Shown piece by piece: positions 27,373 to 36,741 of a stretch of 64,000 nucleotides of DNA. The translations under genes and the position numbers were made by a program. Each line of letters begins with the position of its first letter. The first letter of the stretch is position 1. The DNA is from Candidatus Latescibacterota bacterium (lineage in GTDB: Bacteria > Latescibacterota > UBA2968): NCBI GenBank assembly GCA_965222605.1, contig OZ244960.1, positions 5,216,001 to 5,280,000 of the forward strand. Reading direction: 5' to 3'. A model generated the notes under the pieces. The model was not told the origin of the DNA. It saw only the letters and a program-made list of their open reading frames with translations, and made no database searches.

Positions 27373-27397
27373 GCCCGCCTCCTCAATAGAAGCGGGC
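27373..27397 (-). terminator. Terminator behind the duplicated ppdK 3' fragment
   Basis: GCCCGC..GCGGGC stem with T-run on the minus strand; resembles the hairpin at 29379-29410. Confidence 0.6.
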
Positions 27398-27415
27398 CCT
27401 GCTGTTTGTAAACAC

Positions 27416-27502
27416 AATAGGAGATTACTCTGCCAGTGCAGCGTGGGCGGCTGCGAGGCGGGCGATGGGGAAGGGCGAACAGGATACGTAATCCATGCCA
27501 AT
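27416..27502 (-). repeat. Direct-repeat copy of the ppdK 3' end (partner 29431-29523)
   Basis: 87 bp vs 93 bp alignment: 4 substitutions plus a 6-bp deletion; encodes IGMDYVSCSPF--PIARLAAAHAALAE*. Confidence 0.95.
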
Positions 27503-27753
27503 TGCGTATTTCTGACGGATTATGCAGGTGAGAAAGATTGGCATATACCTTGTTCGGTAATGAAACTATTTGAGTAACAAGAGGCAGTCGGTTATATTTG
27601 TCGTCACGACAAGCGACGAGCGAAGGTGGCAATATACGTACCATAACGCATACGGGCACAAGTGTCACGCGCTACTGCTGGGCGTGACACTACCTCGTAT
27701 TCATCAAATAACGCGCCAGCCTTACAGAAAGAATAGAGAAGGATACTCAATTC

Positions 27754-29331
27754 ATGCGCTTCTTCAATACGAGCGGACCGGTGGTGGCCGCAGACCATTA
27801 CTGCATCCCACCTCTAAAACGGCTAAACCTCGCCGCGGTTCGCAGGCTCATTCGCGACAAACGCTACTTTGTCCTGCACGCACCCCGGCAGACGGGCAAG
27901 ACCTCGGCATTGTTGGCTTTGCGCGATCTACTCAATGCCGAGGGCACCTACCGATGCGTGTACGTCAATGTTGAAGGTGGGCAGGCCGGGCGCGAAGATG
28001 TGGAACAGGTGATGCGCACCATTTTGGGCGAACTGGCTTCCTGGGCGCGCTTGACGCTGCGCGACGAGTTCCTGGACGAGATTTGGGTCGACATCTTGGC
28101 AAAATACGGCCCGCACGTTGCGCTACGCGAGGCGTTGACGCGCTGGGCGCAGGCCGATCCCAAATCCCTGGTGTTGCTCATTGACGAGATTGACGCGCTC
28201 ATCGGCGATTCTCTACTGTCGGTGTTGCGGCAGTTGCGGGCAGGATATGTTCTGCGCCCGGGGGGATTTCCACAAAGCGTGGTGCTGTGCGGTGTGCGCG
28301 ATGTGCGCGATTACCGCATCCACTCCAGTTCGGCCAACGCCATCATCACTGGCGGTAGCGCGTTCAACATCAAAGCGCGATCCTTGCGCCTGGGTGACTT
28401 CTCGCAAGACGAGGTGATCGCCCTGCTCGGGCAGCATACGGAGGAGACGGAACAGGTGTTCACGCCCGACGCGCAGGAGACGATCTGGACGCAGACGCAA
28501 GGACAGCCCTGGCTGGTCAACGCGCTGGCAGATGAGACCTGTTTCCATGACGGTGACACAGCAGACCGACATCGTCCGATCACCGCCACCGACATCCACA
28601 ACGCTCAAGAGCAACTCATCCTGCGCCGAGAAACACATCTGGATCAGTTGGCGGACAAATTGCAGGAAGAGCGCGTGCGGCGCGTTGTCGAGCCCCTCTT
28701 GAGCGGCGCCCAGGAACGCCACTTCATTGACCGCGATCTGGAGTATGTGCGAGATCTCGGCCTGGTGGCTCAGGATTTGCCGTACCGCATTGCCAATCCG
28801 ATCTACGCGGAGGTCGTTCCCCGCGAACTGACGTGGGTGGTACAAGGGGAATTTGAGCAGGACACCGCATGGTACGTCACTGTCGATGGTAGCCTGGACG
28901 TGGTCAAGCTGATGACCGAGTTTCAGACATTTTTTCGCGAGCACTCGGAACATTGGGTGACGCGGTTTCAATACCAGGAGGCCGGTCCACAGTTGCTGTT
29001 GCAGGCATTTCTCCAGCGTATTGTCAACAGTGGCGGGCGCATTGAGCGGGAGTATGGCCTGGGCAGGATGCGTACAGATCTGCTGATTGTCTGGCCGCAG
29101 GGCGATCAGACGTGCAAAGTCGTAATTGAGTGCAAAATTCTCCACAAGAGCTTAGAGCAGACCATCGCCGAGGGTCTGGAACAGACGGCGGAGTATATGG
29201 ATCGCTGTGCAGCAGAGGCGGGGCATTTAGTGATTTTTGATCGCCGTGAAGGCAGGCGTTGGGGGGATAAAGTGTTCCATTGCCGAGGAACGTCGGGCAG
29301 CGGGGCAGAGATCGACATTTGGGGCATGTGA
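27754..29331 (+). CDS. AAA-like ATPase with C-terminal PD-(D/E)XK nuclease-like domain
   Basis: RFFNTSGP, Walker A APRQTGKT, Walker B LLIDEID, SAFNI, GQPWLVN; C-terminal REYGLGRMRTDLLI...VIECK. Confidence 0.85.
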   Translation: MRFFNTSGPVVAADHYCIPPLKRLNLAAVRRLIRDKRYFVLHAPRQTGKTSALLALRDLLNAEGTYRCVYVNVEGGQAGREDVEQVMRTILGELASWARLTLRDEFLDEIWVDILAKYGPHVALREALTRWAQADPKSLVLLIDEIDALIGDSLLSVLRQLRAGYVLRPGGFPQSVVLCGVRDVRDYRIHSSSANAIITGGSAFNIKARSLRLGDFSQDEVIALLGQHTEETEQVFTPDAQETIWTQTQGQPWLVNALADETCFHDGDTADRHRPITATDIHNAQEQLILRRETHLDQLADKLQEERVRRVVEPLLSGAQERHFIDRDLEYVRDLGLVAQDLPYRIANPIYAEVVPRELTWVVQGEFEQDTAWYVTVDGSLDVVKLMTEFQTFFREHSEHWVTRFQYQEAGPQLLLQAFLQRIVNSGGRIEREYGLGRMRTDLLIVWPQGDQTCKVVIECKILHKSLEQTIAEGLEQTAEYMDRCAAEAGHLVIFDRREGRRWGDKVFHCRGTSGSGAEIDIWGM

Positions 29332-29378
29332 CAGCATCTCCGTGCATCGCAGGAAAATTGGAATGACATACAACAAGT

Positions 29379-29412
29379 AAGTGCCCGCTCCTCAACGGAA
29401 GCGGGCACTTTT
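29379..29412. terminator. Bidirectional terminator between the AAA gene and ppdK
   Basis: AAGTGCCCGCT..AGCGGGCACTT stem between convergent genes. Confidence 0.75.
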
Positions 29413-29439
29413 GTATTTACCCCTATTGGAAATAGGAGA

Positions 29440-32085
29440 TTACTCTGCCAGTGCAGCGTGGGCGGCTGCGAGGCGGGCGATGGGTACGCGGAAGGGCGAG
29501 CAGGAGACGTAGTCCATGCCGATGTTGTGGCAAAAGTGTACAGAGGCTGGATCGCCGCCGTGTTCACCACAGATGCCCACTTTGAGATCCTCGCGGGCAC
29601 CGCGTCCGTTTTTTGTGCCGAGTTCGACGAGTTGCCCCACGCCGGTCTGGTCGAGAGTCTGGAAGGGATCGTTTTCGAGGATGCCCTTTTCGACGTATTC
29701 GCCCAGGAATTTGCCGGCGTCGTCGCGCGAGTAACCATAAGTCAGTTGCGTGAGATCGTTGGTGCCAAACGAGAAAAATTCTGCGTGTTCGGCAATTTCG
29801 GCGGCGGTGAGGGCAGCGCGGGGAATTTCGATCATGGTGCCGATCAGATACGCGACGCGCTTGCCTGTTTCGTCTTCTACTGCGCGAGCCACGCGATCTG
29901 TCATGATTTTGAGTTCGGTAAATTCTTTGACCGTGCCGACGAGTGGAATCATGATTTCGGGAATGGCTTTGGATCCCACATTTACGGCGGCTTCGAGGAT
30001 GGCACGCACCTGCATTTCGTAAATTTCTGGATAGGTGATGCCCAACCGACAGCCGCGATGCCCGAGCATGGGATTAAATTCGTTGAGGGATTCAACCTTG
30101 TCCTGAATCACGCGCAACGAGGTATCGAGCCGCCTTGCCATTTCCTCTTGCTGGTCGCTCTCGTGCGGGAGAAACTCGTGCAGGGGAGGGTCGAGCAGGC
30201 GAACGGTCACGGGCAGTTCTGCCATGGCGTTGAAAATGCCTTCAAAGTCGCCGCGCTGGATGGGCAACAACTTTTCGAGGGCGCGACGGCGGCCTTCTTC
30301 ATCATCGGCGAGAATCATTTCGCGCACGATATTGATGCGGTCGCCTTCAAAGAACATGTGTTCTGTGCGGCACAGGCCAATGCCTTCGGCGCCAAACGCG
30401 CGCGCAACAGCCGAATCGTGTGGCGTGTCCGCATTGGTACGCACATTGAGTGTGCGAATTTCGTCTGCCCAACTCATCAAGATGGCAAAATCACCCGAGA
30501 GTTCAGCTTCCTGTGTGGGAACCTGGCCGAGCATGACTTCACCCGTAGAACCGTCAATAGAGACCCAGTCGCCAGCTTTGACAACCGTATCGCCAACGGA
30601 GAATTGGTTTTCTGTGTAGTCGATGACCAGATCGCCACAACCGGCCACACAGCATTTGCCCATACCGCGAGCGACCACAGCAGCGTGCGAGGTCATGCCC
30701 CCGCGTGCGGTGAGAATGCCCTGTGCGGCGTTCATGCCCCCGATATCTTCGGGCGAGGTTTCAAGACGCACCAGCAGGACCTGCTCGCCCTGTTCTGCGG
30801 CTTCTTCGGCTTCTTCAGCGAGAAAGACGACCTTTCCCGACGCAGCCCCGGGAGAAGCGGGCAATCCCTTGGCCAGCACATTGCGTTCAGCCGTGGGATC
30901 GAAGGTGGGGTGCAGGAGTTGGTCGAGTTGTTCTGGTTCCACGCGCAGCACGGCTTCGCTCTGGGTAATCAGTCCTTCGTTGACCATGTCAACAGCAATC
31001 TTGACAGCGGCGGCGGCGGTGCGTTTGCCACCTCGGGTTTGCAGCATCCAGAGTTTGCTCTGTTGCACGGTAAATTCAATGTCCTGCATGTCTCGATAGT
31101 GCTTTTCGAGTGTTTGATAGATGTCTTCGAGTGTTTGATAGGCTTCGGGCTGTCTGCTCTTCAGGCGATCTACGGGTTCGGGCGTGCGAACACCCGCGAC
31201 CACGTCTTCGCCCTGTGCGTTGGTGAGAAATTCGCCGTAAAATATGTTTTCACCCGTGGAGGGGTCGCGCGTAAATGCAACGCCTGTGGCGCAGTCATCG
31301 CCCATGTTGCCATAGACCATGGACTGTACGTTGACCGCTGTTCCCCAGTCTCCGGGGATATTCTCCAAACGCCGATAGGTGATGGCGCGATCTGCCTGCC
31401 ATGAGCCAAATACCGCGCCAATACCACCCCAGAGTTGCTCAATGGGATCGGTGGGGAAATTTTGTCCCGTGCGTTTTTTTACAATGTCTTTGAACATATC
31501 GACGAGGGTTTTGAGGTCCTCTACGGTCATGTCGAGGTCGTCTTCGATGCCGCGCTTTTCTTTAACTTCGTCAATGGCGGCTTCAAAGGGGTCTATTTCG
31601 ATGCCTTCAGGAGCTACGCCCATCACCACATCGCCATAGGTTTGGATGAAGCGACGATAAGAGTCCCATCCAAAACGCGGGTTGTTGCTCCTGGCTATGA
31701 GACCTTCTGTGATTTCATCGTTGAGACCGAGGTTGAGTACGGTTTCCATCATGCCGGGCATGGAGACGCGCGCACCCGAGCGCACGGAGAGAAGCAATGG
31801 GTTCGTCGCATCGCCGAATTTGCCACCCATAACATTTTCGAGCTTGGCAACGTTGTCCATGACCTGTTTTTCGAGTGCGTCGGGATATTGTTTGTCGTTA
31901 TCGTAATAATACGTGCAAACTTCGGTGGTGATGGTAAATCCGGCGGGTACGGGAATACCCAGGCCCGACATTTCTGCCAGATTCGCGCCTTTGCCACCGA
32001 GCAAGTTGTGCATTCCTGCAGAACCTTCGGCTTTGCCATCGCCAAAGAAATAGACATATTTTTCTTCTTGTTGTGCTTTCGACAT
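29440..32085 (-). CDS. ppdK: Pyruvate, phosphate dikinase
   Basis: LLGGKGANLAEM, SVRSGARVSMPGMM, GGMTSHAAVVARG (phospho-His), GICGEHGG; GGAGG RBS before ATG 32085. Confidence 0.98.
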   Translation of the reverse strand: MSKAQQEEKYVYFFGDGKAEGSAGMHNLLGGKGANLAEMSGLGIPVPAGFTITTEVCTYYYDNDKQYPDALEKQVMDNVAKLENVMGGKFGDATNPLLLSVRSGARVSMPGMMETVLNLGLNDEITEGLIARSNNPRFGWDSYRRFIQTYGDVVMGVAPEGIEIDPFEAAIDEVKEKRGIEDDLDMTVEDLKTLVDMFKDIVKKRTGQNFPTDPIEQLWGGIGAVFGSWQADRAITYRRLENIPGDWGTAVNVQSMVYGNMGDDCATGVAFTRDPSTGENIFYGEFLTNAQGEDVVAGVRTPEPVDRLKSRQPEAYQTLEDIYQTLEKHYRDMQDIEFTVQQSKLWMLQTRGGKRTAAAAVKIAVDMVNEGLITQSEAVLRVEPEQLDQLLHPTFDPTAERNVLAKGLPASPGAASGKVVFLAEEAEEAAEQGEQVLLVRLETSPEDIGGMNAAQGILTARGGMTSHAAVVARGMGKCCVAGCGDLVIDYTENQFSVGDTVVKAGDWVSIDGSTGEVMLGQVPTQEAELSGDFAILMSWADEIRTLNVRTNADTPHDSAVARAFGAEGIGLCRTEHMFFEGDRINIVREMILADDEEGRRRALEKLLPIQRGDFEGIFNAMAELPVTVRLLDPPLHEFLPHESDQQEEMARRLDTSLRVIQDKVESLNEFNPMLGHRGCRLGITYPEIYEMQVRAILEAAVNVGSKAIPEIMIPLVGTVKEFTELKIMTDRVARAVEDETGKRVAYLIGTMIEIPRAALTAAEIAEHAEFFSFGTNDLTQLTYGYSRDDAGKFLGEYVEKGILENDPFQTLDQTGVGQLVELGTKNGRGAREDLKVGICGEHGGDPASVHFCHNIGMDYVSCSPFRVPIARLAAAHAALAE

Positions 32086-32232
32086 TGCGTCCTCCAAAAG
32101 GGTTCAAATCGGGGCACGACAGTGTGCCCGGGTCATTTTGTAGCAAAAAATATAATAGGGTAAAAGAACGAGCAAGGATTTTGTTAGAATTGAGAAGAGA
32201 AAGGTGAGGATTGGAGGCTGGAGGTAGGTTGA

Positions 32233-33375
32233 CTACTCATTACTAATAGTGTCCGGCTGTGGGATTTGAACTGAATCGATCAATGATTTTATTTGATTGA
32301 ACTGGACATTGCTTTCCCAGCCGAGGATGGTTTGCAAAATGCTGCGGCGCCCCACATAGATTCGCAAATCCGCGGTGGATCCAAAGCTCAGGTCAATGGG
32401 TGTTTGTTTGACGGCGACTTCCAGGCCAAAGGTGCGAATATTGCCTTCAATGACGGCATACCCGTGGACTTCTGACACTTCGCCCTGACCGATAAAACCT
32501 TCGCGGTCGGTAAAGAGGTTGCTCAATATTTCAACGGGTTGACCGGGGCGCACCTTCCACGCACTGGTTTCGGGCATCCAGGCACCGATGACTGTACCTT
32601 CGCCTTCTCCTGCGATGATCATGACAATGGCCCCCTGATTGGCCTGCATGCCCGGATAGAGATCCTGGCGAGCCACCACACCATTGACTGGCGCGCGCAG
32701 GGTGGCGCGTTCGAGGGCTTCGCGCGCGGCTTCGAGATTGTGTTTTGCCTTGTCCAAAGATGCCTGGGTTTGACGCATTGATGCCTGGGCTTGTTGTATT
32801 TCAGCGGGCAGGGGACCGCGCCGTACCAGGTTGAGATTTTCGAACTCTACTTTTAAGCTGGCCTCAGCGAGATCGTAATTGGTTTGTGCGCGCTCGAAAT
32901 CTTCCTGACTGAAGAGCCGCTGGCCTTCATAGAGGGCCTGGGCGCGTTTGAGGTCCTGTTGTCGGGCTGTGAGGTTAATGCGCGCTTGCTCAACACGCGA
33001 TTCGGCTATTTTGATTTCTTCGGGATTTGGCTGTGCGCGCAACAGGGCAAGTCGCGCCTGTGCAGCTTCGAGGTTGGCGATTTCCCGTTTGATTTCTTGT
33101 TCTGCGGTTGCCGCTGCCGCTCTCAAATCGCCATCGTAGAGCCGCGCAACGGGTTGACCGACTGTGACCGAGTCGCCGGGTTCTACGAGGATTTCGTGGA
33201 TGACCTGGCTCACGGGCGAATCGATATATACTTTGTCCCCAGGTTCGACAATGCCTTGAGCCATTACAATATCGTCAATTTGGATCAGTGCAAGGGCGAG
33301 TACAATGGCTCCAATCACACCGAAGACCCAGAGCAGCCATTTGACAATTCTACCTTTTCTGCGACGGCGCATCAT
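32233..33375 (-). CDS. HlyD family periplasmic adaptor subunit
   Basis: N-terminal TM, lipoyl halves (VEPGDSVTVGQ; LRAPVNGVV), long coiled coil. Confidence 0.85.
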   Translation of the reverse strand: MMRRRRKGRIVKWLLWVFGVIGAIVLALALIQIDDIVMAQGIVEPGDKVYIDSPVSQVIHEILVEPGDSVTVGQPVARLYDGDLRAAAATAEQEIKREIANLEAAQARLALLRAQPNPEEIKIAESRVEQARINLTARQQDLKRAQALYEGQRLFSQEDFERAQTNYDLAEASLKVEFENLNLVRRGPLPAEIQQAQASMRQTQASLDKAKHNLEAAREALERATLRAPVNGVVARQDLYPGMQANQGAIVMIIAGEGEGTVIGAWMPETSAWKVRPGQPVEILSNLFTDREGFIGQGEVSEVHGYAVIEGNIRTFGLEVAVKQTPIDLSFGSTADLRIYVGRRSILQTILGWESNVQFNQIKSLIDSVQIPQPDTISNE

Positions 33376-33452
33376 GGGATTATTTTTTTCCTTTTGCTTG
33401 ACAGATTTTGGCAGAATGGTATATTTTACGATTCTCAACCAAAATTCTGGAT

Positions 33453-33525
33453 GGGCGCGTAGCTCAGGCGGTAGAGCAACGGCCTTTTAAGCCGTGGGTC
33501 GCAGGTTCAAATCCTGCCGCGCTCA
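33453..33525 (+). tRNA. tRNA-Lys (anticodon TTT), CCA not encoded
   Basis: GGGCGCG acceptor, D-arm GCTCAGGCGGTAGAGC, anticodon stem ACGGC-CTTTTAA-GCCGT, GTTCAAAT T-loop. Confidence 0.97.
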
Positions 33526-33538
33526 CTATTACAAAACG

Positions 33539-33571
33539 GCCCTGGATCACAATGATTTCAGGGCTTTTTTT
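33539..33571 (+). terminator. Intrinsic terminator after tRNA-Lys
   Basis: GCCCTGGATCA-CAA-TGATTTCAGGGC then T7. Confidence 0.8.
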
Positions 33572-33680
33572 CTGTCCATTGCGAGTAAAAATAACGAACA
33601 AATTTATTACATTGTTTTGCAAAGGTCAAGAAAGTTATAAACAAAAGTTATGAATCGGGACCGCGATATTGCACGGCAAC

Positions 33681-33709
33681 TTGACATCACAGCGGGTATT
33701 GAATATATT
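33681..33709 (+). promoter_or_regulatory. Sigma70-type promoter of cysH
   Basis: TTGACA-17 bp-TATATT. Confidence 0.7.
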
Positions 33710-33742
33710 GTGAATCAACGAACTCAAGAATAGGAGATATTT

Positions 33743-34483
33743 GTGATTACCCGCGAAAAATTGAACGCGCAGTCCCGGGCGTTTGAAACGGCATCTCTGG
33801 AAGATATTTTGATCTGGGCGTGGGAGACGTTGGGTTCCCGCGTGGCGTTTGGCACTGCTTTTGGCTCTACTGGCATGGTTTTGCTCGACGTGATGCAAAA
33901 GGTTGCGCCGCAAATTCCCGTTTTTACAATTGATACGGGTTTTCTGTTTCCCGAAACCCTGAGTTTGATCGACCGCGTGGAGGCGCGCTATGGGATTGAG
34001 ATTGAACGAGTGTATTCCCGTTTGAGTATTGAAGAGCAAGCGCGTGATTACGGTGACGAACTCTACAAGCGGGATGCCGACCGCTGTTGCTGGTTGCGAA
34101 AAGTCGAGCCTTTGCAGCGCAAGTTGTCCCAGTTGAATGGCTGGATTAACAGCCGCCGGCGAGATCAGAGCGATACCCGCAGCCAAATTTCCATTCTGGA
34201 ATATTATGAGACAGATGGTCGCGCGTTGCTCAAATTGAATCCGATGGCACCGTGGACGCGCAAACAGGTCTGGGATTATATTATCGAACACGATGTGCCC
34301 TATAATCCCTTGATGGATGAGGGTTATGCCACGATAGGGTGCTGGCCCTGCACCAAAGCCGTGGATGGAGATGCAGACGAACGCGCGGGTCGCTGGGCGG
34401 GTTCGGACAAGACAGAATGCGGTATTCACACCTTTTTACAGCCCATTGATGCGGCGGTCAATGCCGTGCCTGTTGAATCTTGA
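33743..34483 (+). CDS. cysH: APS/PAPS reductase (4Fe-4S CC motif type)
   Basis: IDTGFLFPET, CCWLRKVEPL, RRDQS, GYATIGCWPCT, ERAGRW, KTECGIH. Confidence 0.95.
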   Translation: MITREKLNAQSRAFETASLEDILIWAWETLGSRVAFGTAFGSTGMVLLDVMQKVAPQIPVFTIDTGFLFPETLSLIDRVEARYGIEIERVYSRLSIEEQARDYGDELYKRDADRCCWLRKVEPLQRKLSQLNGWINSRRRDQSDTRSQISILEYYETDGRALLKLNPMAPWTRKQVWDYIIEHDVPYNPLMDEGYATIGCWPCTKAVDGDADERAGRWAGSDKTECGIHTFLQPIDAAVNAVPVES

Positions 34484-34508
34484 CTTAAAAGGTCAAGAAT
34501 AGTATTAT
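34478..34508 (+). promoter_or_regulatory. Promoter with overlapping Rrf2/IscR-like palindrome upstream of cysM
   Basis: TCTTGAC-N7-GTCAAGA inverted repeat; TTGACT (34480)-17 bp-TATTAT (34503). Confidence 0.65.
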
Positions 34509-34583
34509 AGCTTCTAATCGCGGCCCTCTCGTGGGGCCGTTTTTAGTATTTAGACTTCTTTTAACAACGGCTAAAGGCCATTT

Positions 34584-35528
34584 ATGCGTAGCAAAAAGTT
34601 AGCAAAGCGTTCTCGTATCCGGCACTCAATTCTCGATGCGATAGGTAATACGCCGCTGTTGCATATACGGGAATTGGGTGACAAGATCAAGCCCGGGGTT
34701 GAAATCTGGGCGAAGTTGGAGATGTTTAACCCGGGTGGATCGGTCAAAGATCGCCCCGCTTTGCAGATGATTGAAGATGCCGAAAAAGCGGGTGTGCTCA
34801 CGCCGGAAAAAGTGATTTTGGATTCGACTTCGGGCAATACGGGTATTGCGTATGCCATGATCGGCGCGGCAAAGGGATACCACGTCGAGTTGGTCATGCC
34901 CGAGAGCGTGAGCATTGAGCGGCGATACGTCATTCAGTTTTATAGTGCTGATCTGGTGTTGAGCGATCCTCTTGAAGGCTCAGATGGTGCGATTTTGAAG
35001 TGTCGAGAGATTTTGGCTTCAAATCCCGATTTGTATTACAAACCCGATCAGTACAATAATCCATCTAATTCCAGGGCGCATTATTTGCATACGGCGCCGG
35101 AAATCTGGTCGCAGACACAGGGCAGGGTGACGCATTTTGTGGCGACATTGGGCACGAGTGGTACTGTAATGGGTACTGGCAGAGGTCTGAAGGCATTTAA
35201 TCCCGATGTGCAGATTATTGCCGTTGAGCCACCCGAATTTCACGGGATTGAGGGTCTGAAAAATATGGATGTGTCCATTGTGCCCGGCATTTACGATCCA
35301 TCGGTGTGGGACCAAAAGATTCGGATTGAAACAGAAGATGCTTATGACACTGCGCGATGGTTGACGCGAGATATGGGTTTGCTGGTAGGGCAGTCTTGTG
35401 GTGCGGCGATGGCCGCTGCCCTGAAAGTTGCCGAGACTCTGGACGAAGGGGTCATCGTCACGATGTTTCCCGATAGTGGTGAAAAGTACATGAGTACGCC
35501 CCTGTGGCGGCTCGATCCCGTGAGGTAG
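34584..35528 (+). CDS. cysM: PLP-dependent cysteine synthase, CysM-like
   Basis: IGNTPL, NPGGSVKDR, STSGNTGI, GTSGT, PDSGEKY; adjacent to mec/cysO. Confidence 0.8.
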   Translation: MRSKKLAKRSRIRHSILDAIGNTPLLHIRELGDKIKPGVEIWAKLEMFNPGGSVKDRPALQMIEDAEKAGVLTPEKVILDSTSGNTGIAYAMIGAAKGYHVELVMPESVSIERRYVIQFYSADLVLSDPLEGSDGAILKCREILASNPDLYYKPDQYNNPSNSRAHYLHTAPEIWSQTQGRVTHFVATLGTSGTVMGTGRGLKAFNPDVQIIAVEPPEFHGIEGLKNMDVSIVPGIYDPSVWDQKIRIETEDAYDTARWLTRDMGLLVGQSCGAAMAAALKVAETLDEGVIVTMFPDSGEKYMSTPLWRLDPVR

Positions 35529-35530
35529 CG

Positions 35531-35986
35531 ATGTTTGACAAAGCGATTTGGGACGCCATGTTTGTCCACGCACAGCGGGAATACCCGGCTGAGTGTTGCG
35601 GTATTGTGACCGAAGATGCTTCGGGTGTGCAGACGGTTCATCTATGTGATAATATTCAGGACAAATTGCACGCTGCTGATCCCGAAACCCATTCGCGCAC
35701 TTCCAGGACGGCATATCGCATGGACGATATGCAGGTGATGAAAATTCAATCGGAGGCGGAACAGGCGGGCGGGCGGATTGTCGCGATCTACCATTCGCAT
35801 ATTGATGTAGATGCTTATTTTTCTCAAGAGGATCAAGATGCGGCGACATTTTTTGGTGGACCGACCTTTCCCGGCGTGGTTTATCCCATCATTCCAGTAA
35901 AAAATGCCCGGGTGGATATCGGCGGGGAAAAAGTTTTTCAATGGCGTGATTCATCGTCAAAATTTGAGGAAGTGGAAATCGGGTAA
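35531..35986 (+). CDS. mec: JAMM/M67 family metallopeptidase (Mec-like)
   Basis: YPAECCG and YHSHIDVDAYFSQED (HxH-x7-S-x2-D JAMM motif). Confidence 0.88.
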   Translation: MFDKAIWDAMFVHAQREYPAECCGIVTEDASGVQTVHLCDNIQDKLHAADPETHSRTSRTAYRMDDMQVMKIQSEAEQAGGRIVAIYHSHIDVDAYFSQEDQDAATFFGGPTFPGVVYPIIPVKNARVDIGGEKVFQWRDSSSKFEEVEIG

Positions 35987-36006
35987 AATAAAAAAGGAGG
36001 TAACAA

Positions 36007-36291
36007 ATGGCTGTAACAGTTCGCATTCCAACGCCCTTGCGCAAGTTTACAGGTGATCGGTCCGATGTAGAGGTGCAGGGCGCGACGGTTGGGGAAGCTA
36101 TCGACAATCTCGAAGCGCAGCATGCGGGTATTAAGGAGCACATGGTCGATGAGTCGGGCGCTGTTCGACGCTTTGTCAATGTGTATGTCAACGAAGAGGA
36201 TATTCGCTTTTTGGATGGCCCCGATACTGGCCTCAAAGACGGCGATCAGGTGACCATCGTGCCTGCGATTGCAGGCGGGTGTTCCTTTTAA
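36007..36291 (+). CDS. cysO: MoaD/ThiS-family sulfur carrier (CysO-like) with C-terminal extension
   Basis: VRIPTPLR, FVNVYVNEEDIRFL, ends IVPAIAGG-CSF. Confidence 0.85.
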   Translation: MAVTVRIPTPLRKFTGDRSDVEVQGATVGEAIDNLEAQHAGIKEHMVDESGAVRRFVNVYVNEEDIRFLDGPDTGLKDGDQVTIVPAIAGGCSF

Positions 36292-36307
36292 TCGGCATAT
36301 TTGACTT

Positions 36308-36739
36308 ATGATGCACGTTTCCGCCAAAGGTGACTACGGTTTGCGCGCGGTCTTAGACCTGTGTTTACACGATGGGGAAGGGCCAATTTTGCGTACAGAT
36401 ATCGCTGCTCGGCAACACATCCCCGAAGCTTATCTGGTGCAGTTGCTCAATCTTTTGCGAAAAGCCGGTTTGATACACAGTATTCGCGGTCCCAAAGGCG
36501 GACATGTGTTATTGAAACGTCCGGATGAACTGACCGTGGAAGAGGTGTTGGCTGCTATGGAAGGGCCTGTCAATTTGGTGGATAAGCGCGAGAAGGCTGG
36601 GGATGCGGGAACAGATGTGCTCAAAGATGTGTGGGAAGCTGTGGGAGCCGCGGTACATGATGTCCTGTCATCGGTGACATTTGCCGATTTGTGTCGAAAA
36701 TATCGGGCGCGTCAGATGCCTGTCACATTCCGGATTTAA
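36308..36739 (+). CDS. Rrf2 family regulator (CymR-like)
   Basis: SAKGDYGLRA, YLVQLL..LRKAGLI.SIRGPKGG; lacks the three-Cys IscR cluster motif. Confidence 0.9.
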   Translation: MMHVSAKGDYGLRAVLDLCLHDGEGPILRTDIAARQHIPEAYLVQLLNLLRKAGLIHSIRGPKGGHVLLKRPDELTVEEVLAAMEGPVNLVDKREKAGDAGTDVLKDVWEAVGAAVHDVLSSVTFADLCRKYRARQMPVTFRI

Positions 36740-36741
36740 TT

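Noticed and set aside
27416-29523. Repeat pair as a DGR template/variable repeat
   Set aside because: No reverse transcriptase; the differences are synonymous and not adenine-specific on the coding strand; the target is a core enzyme.
29458-31404. 648-aa plus-strand ORF (also 963-2003, 5953-7056, 14856-16517 and similar)
   Set aside because: These are antisense shadows of well-supported genes, with no recognisable motifs; expected from codon bias.
33453-33525. tRNA-Lys as an island attachment site
   Set aside because: No integrase nearby and no duplicated tRNA 3' end seen in the window.
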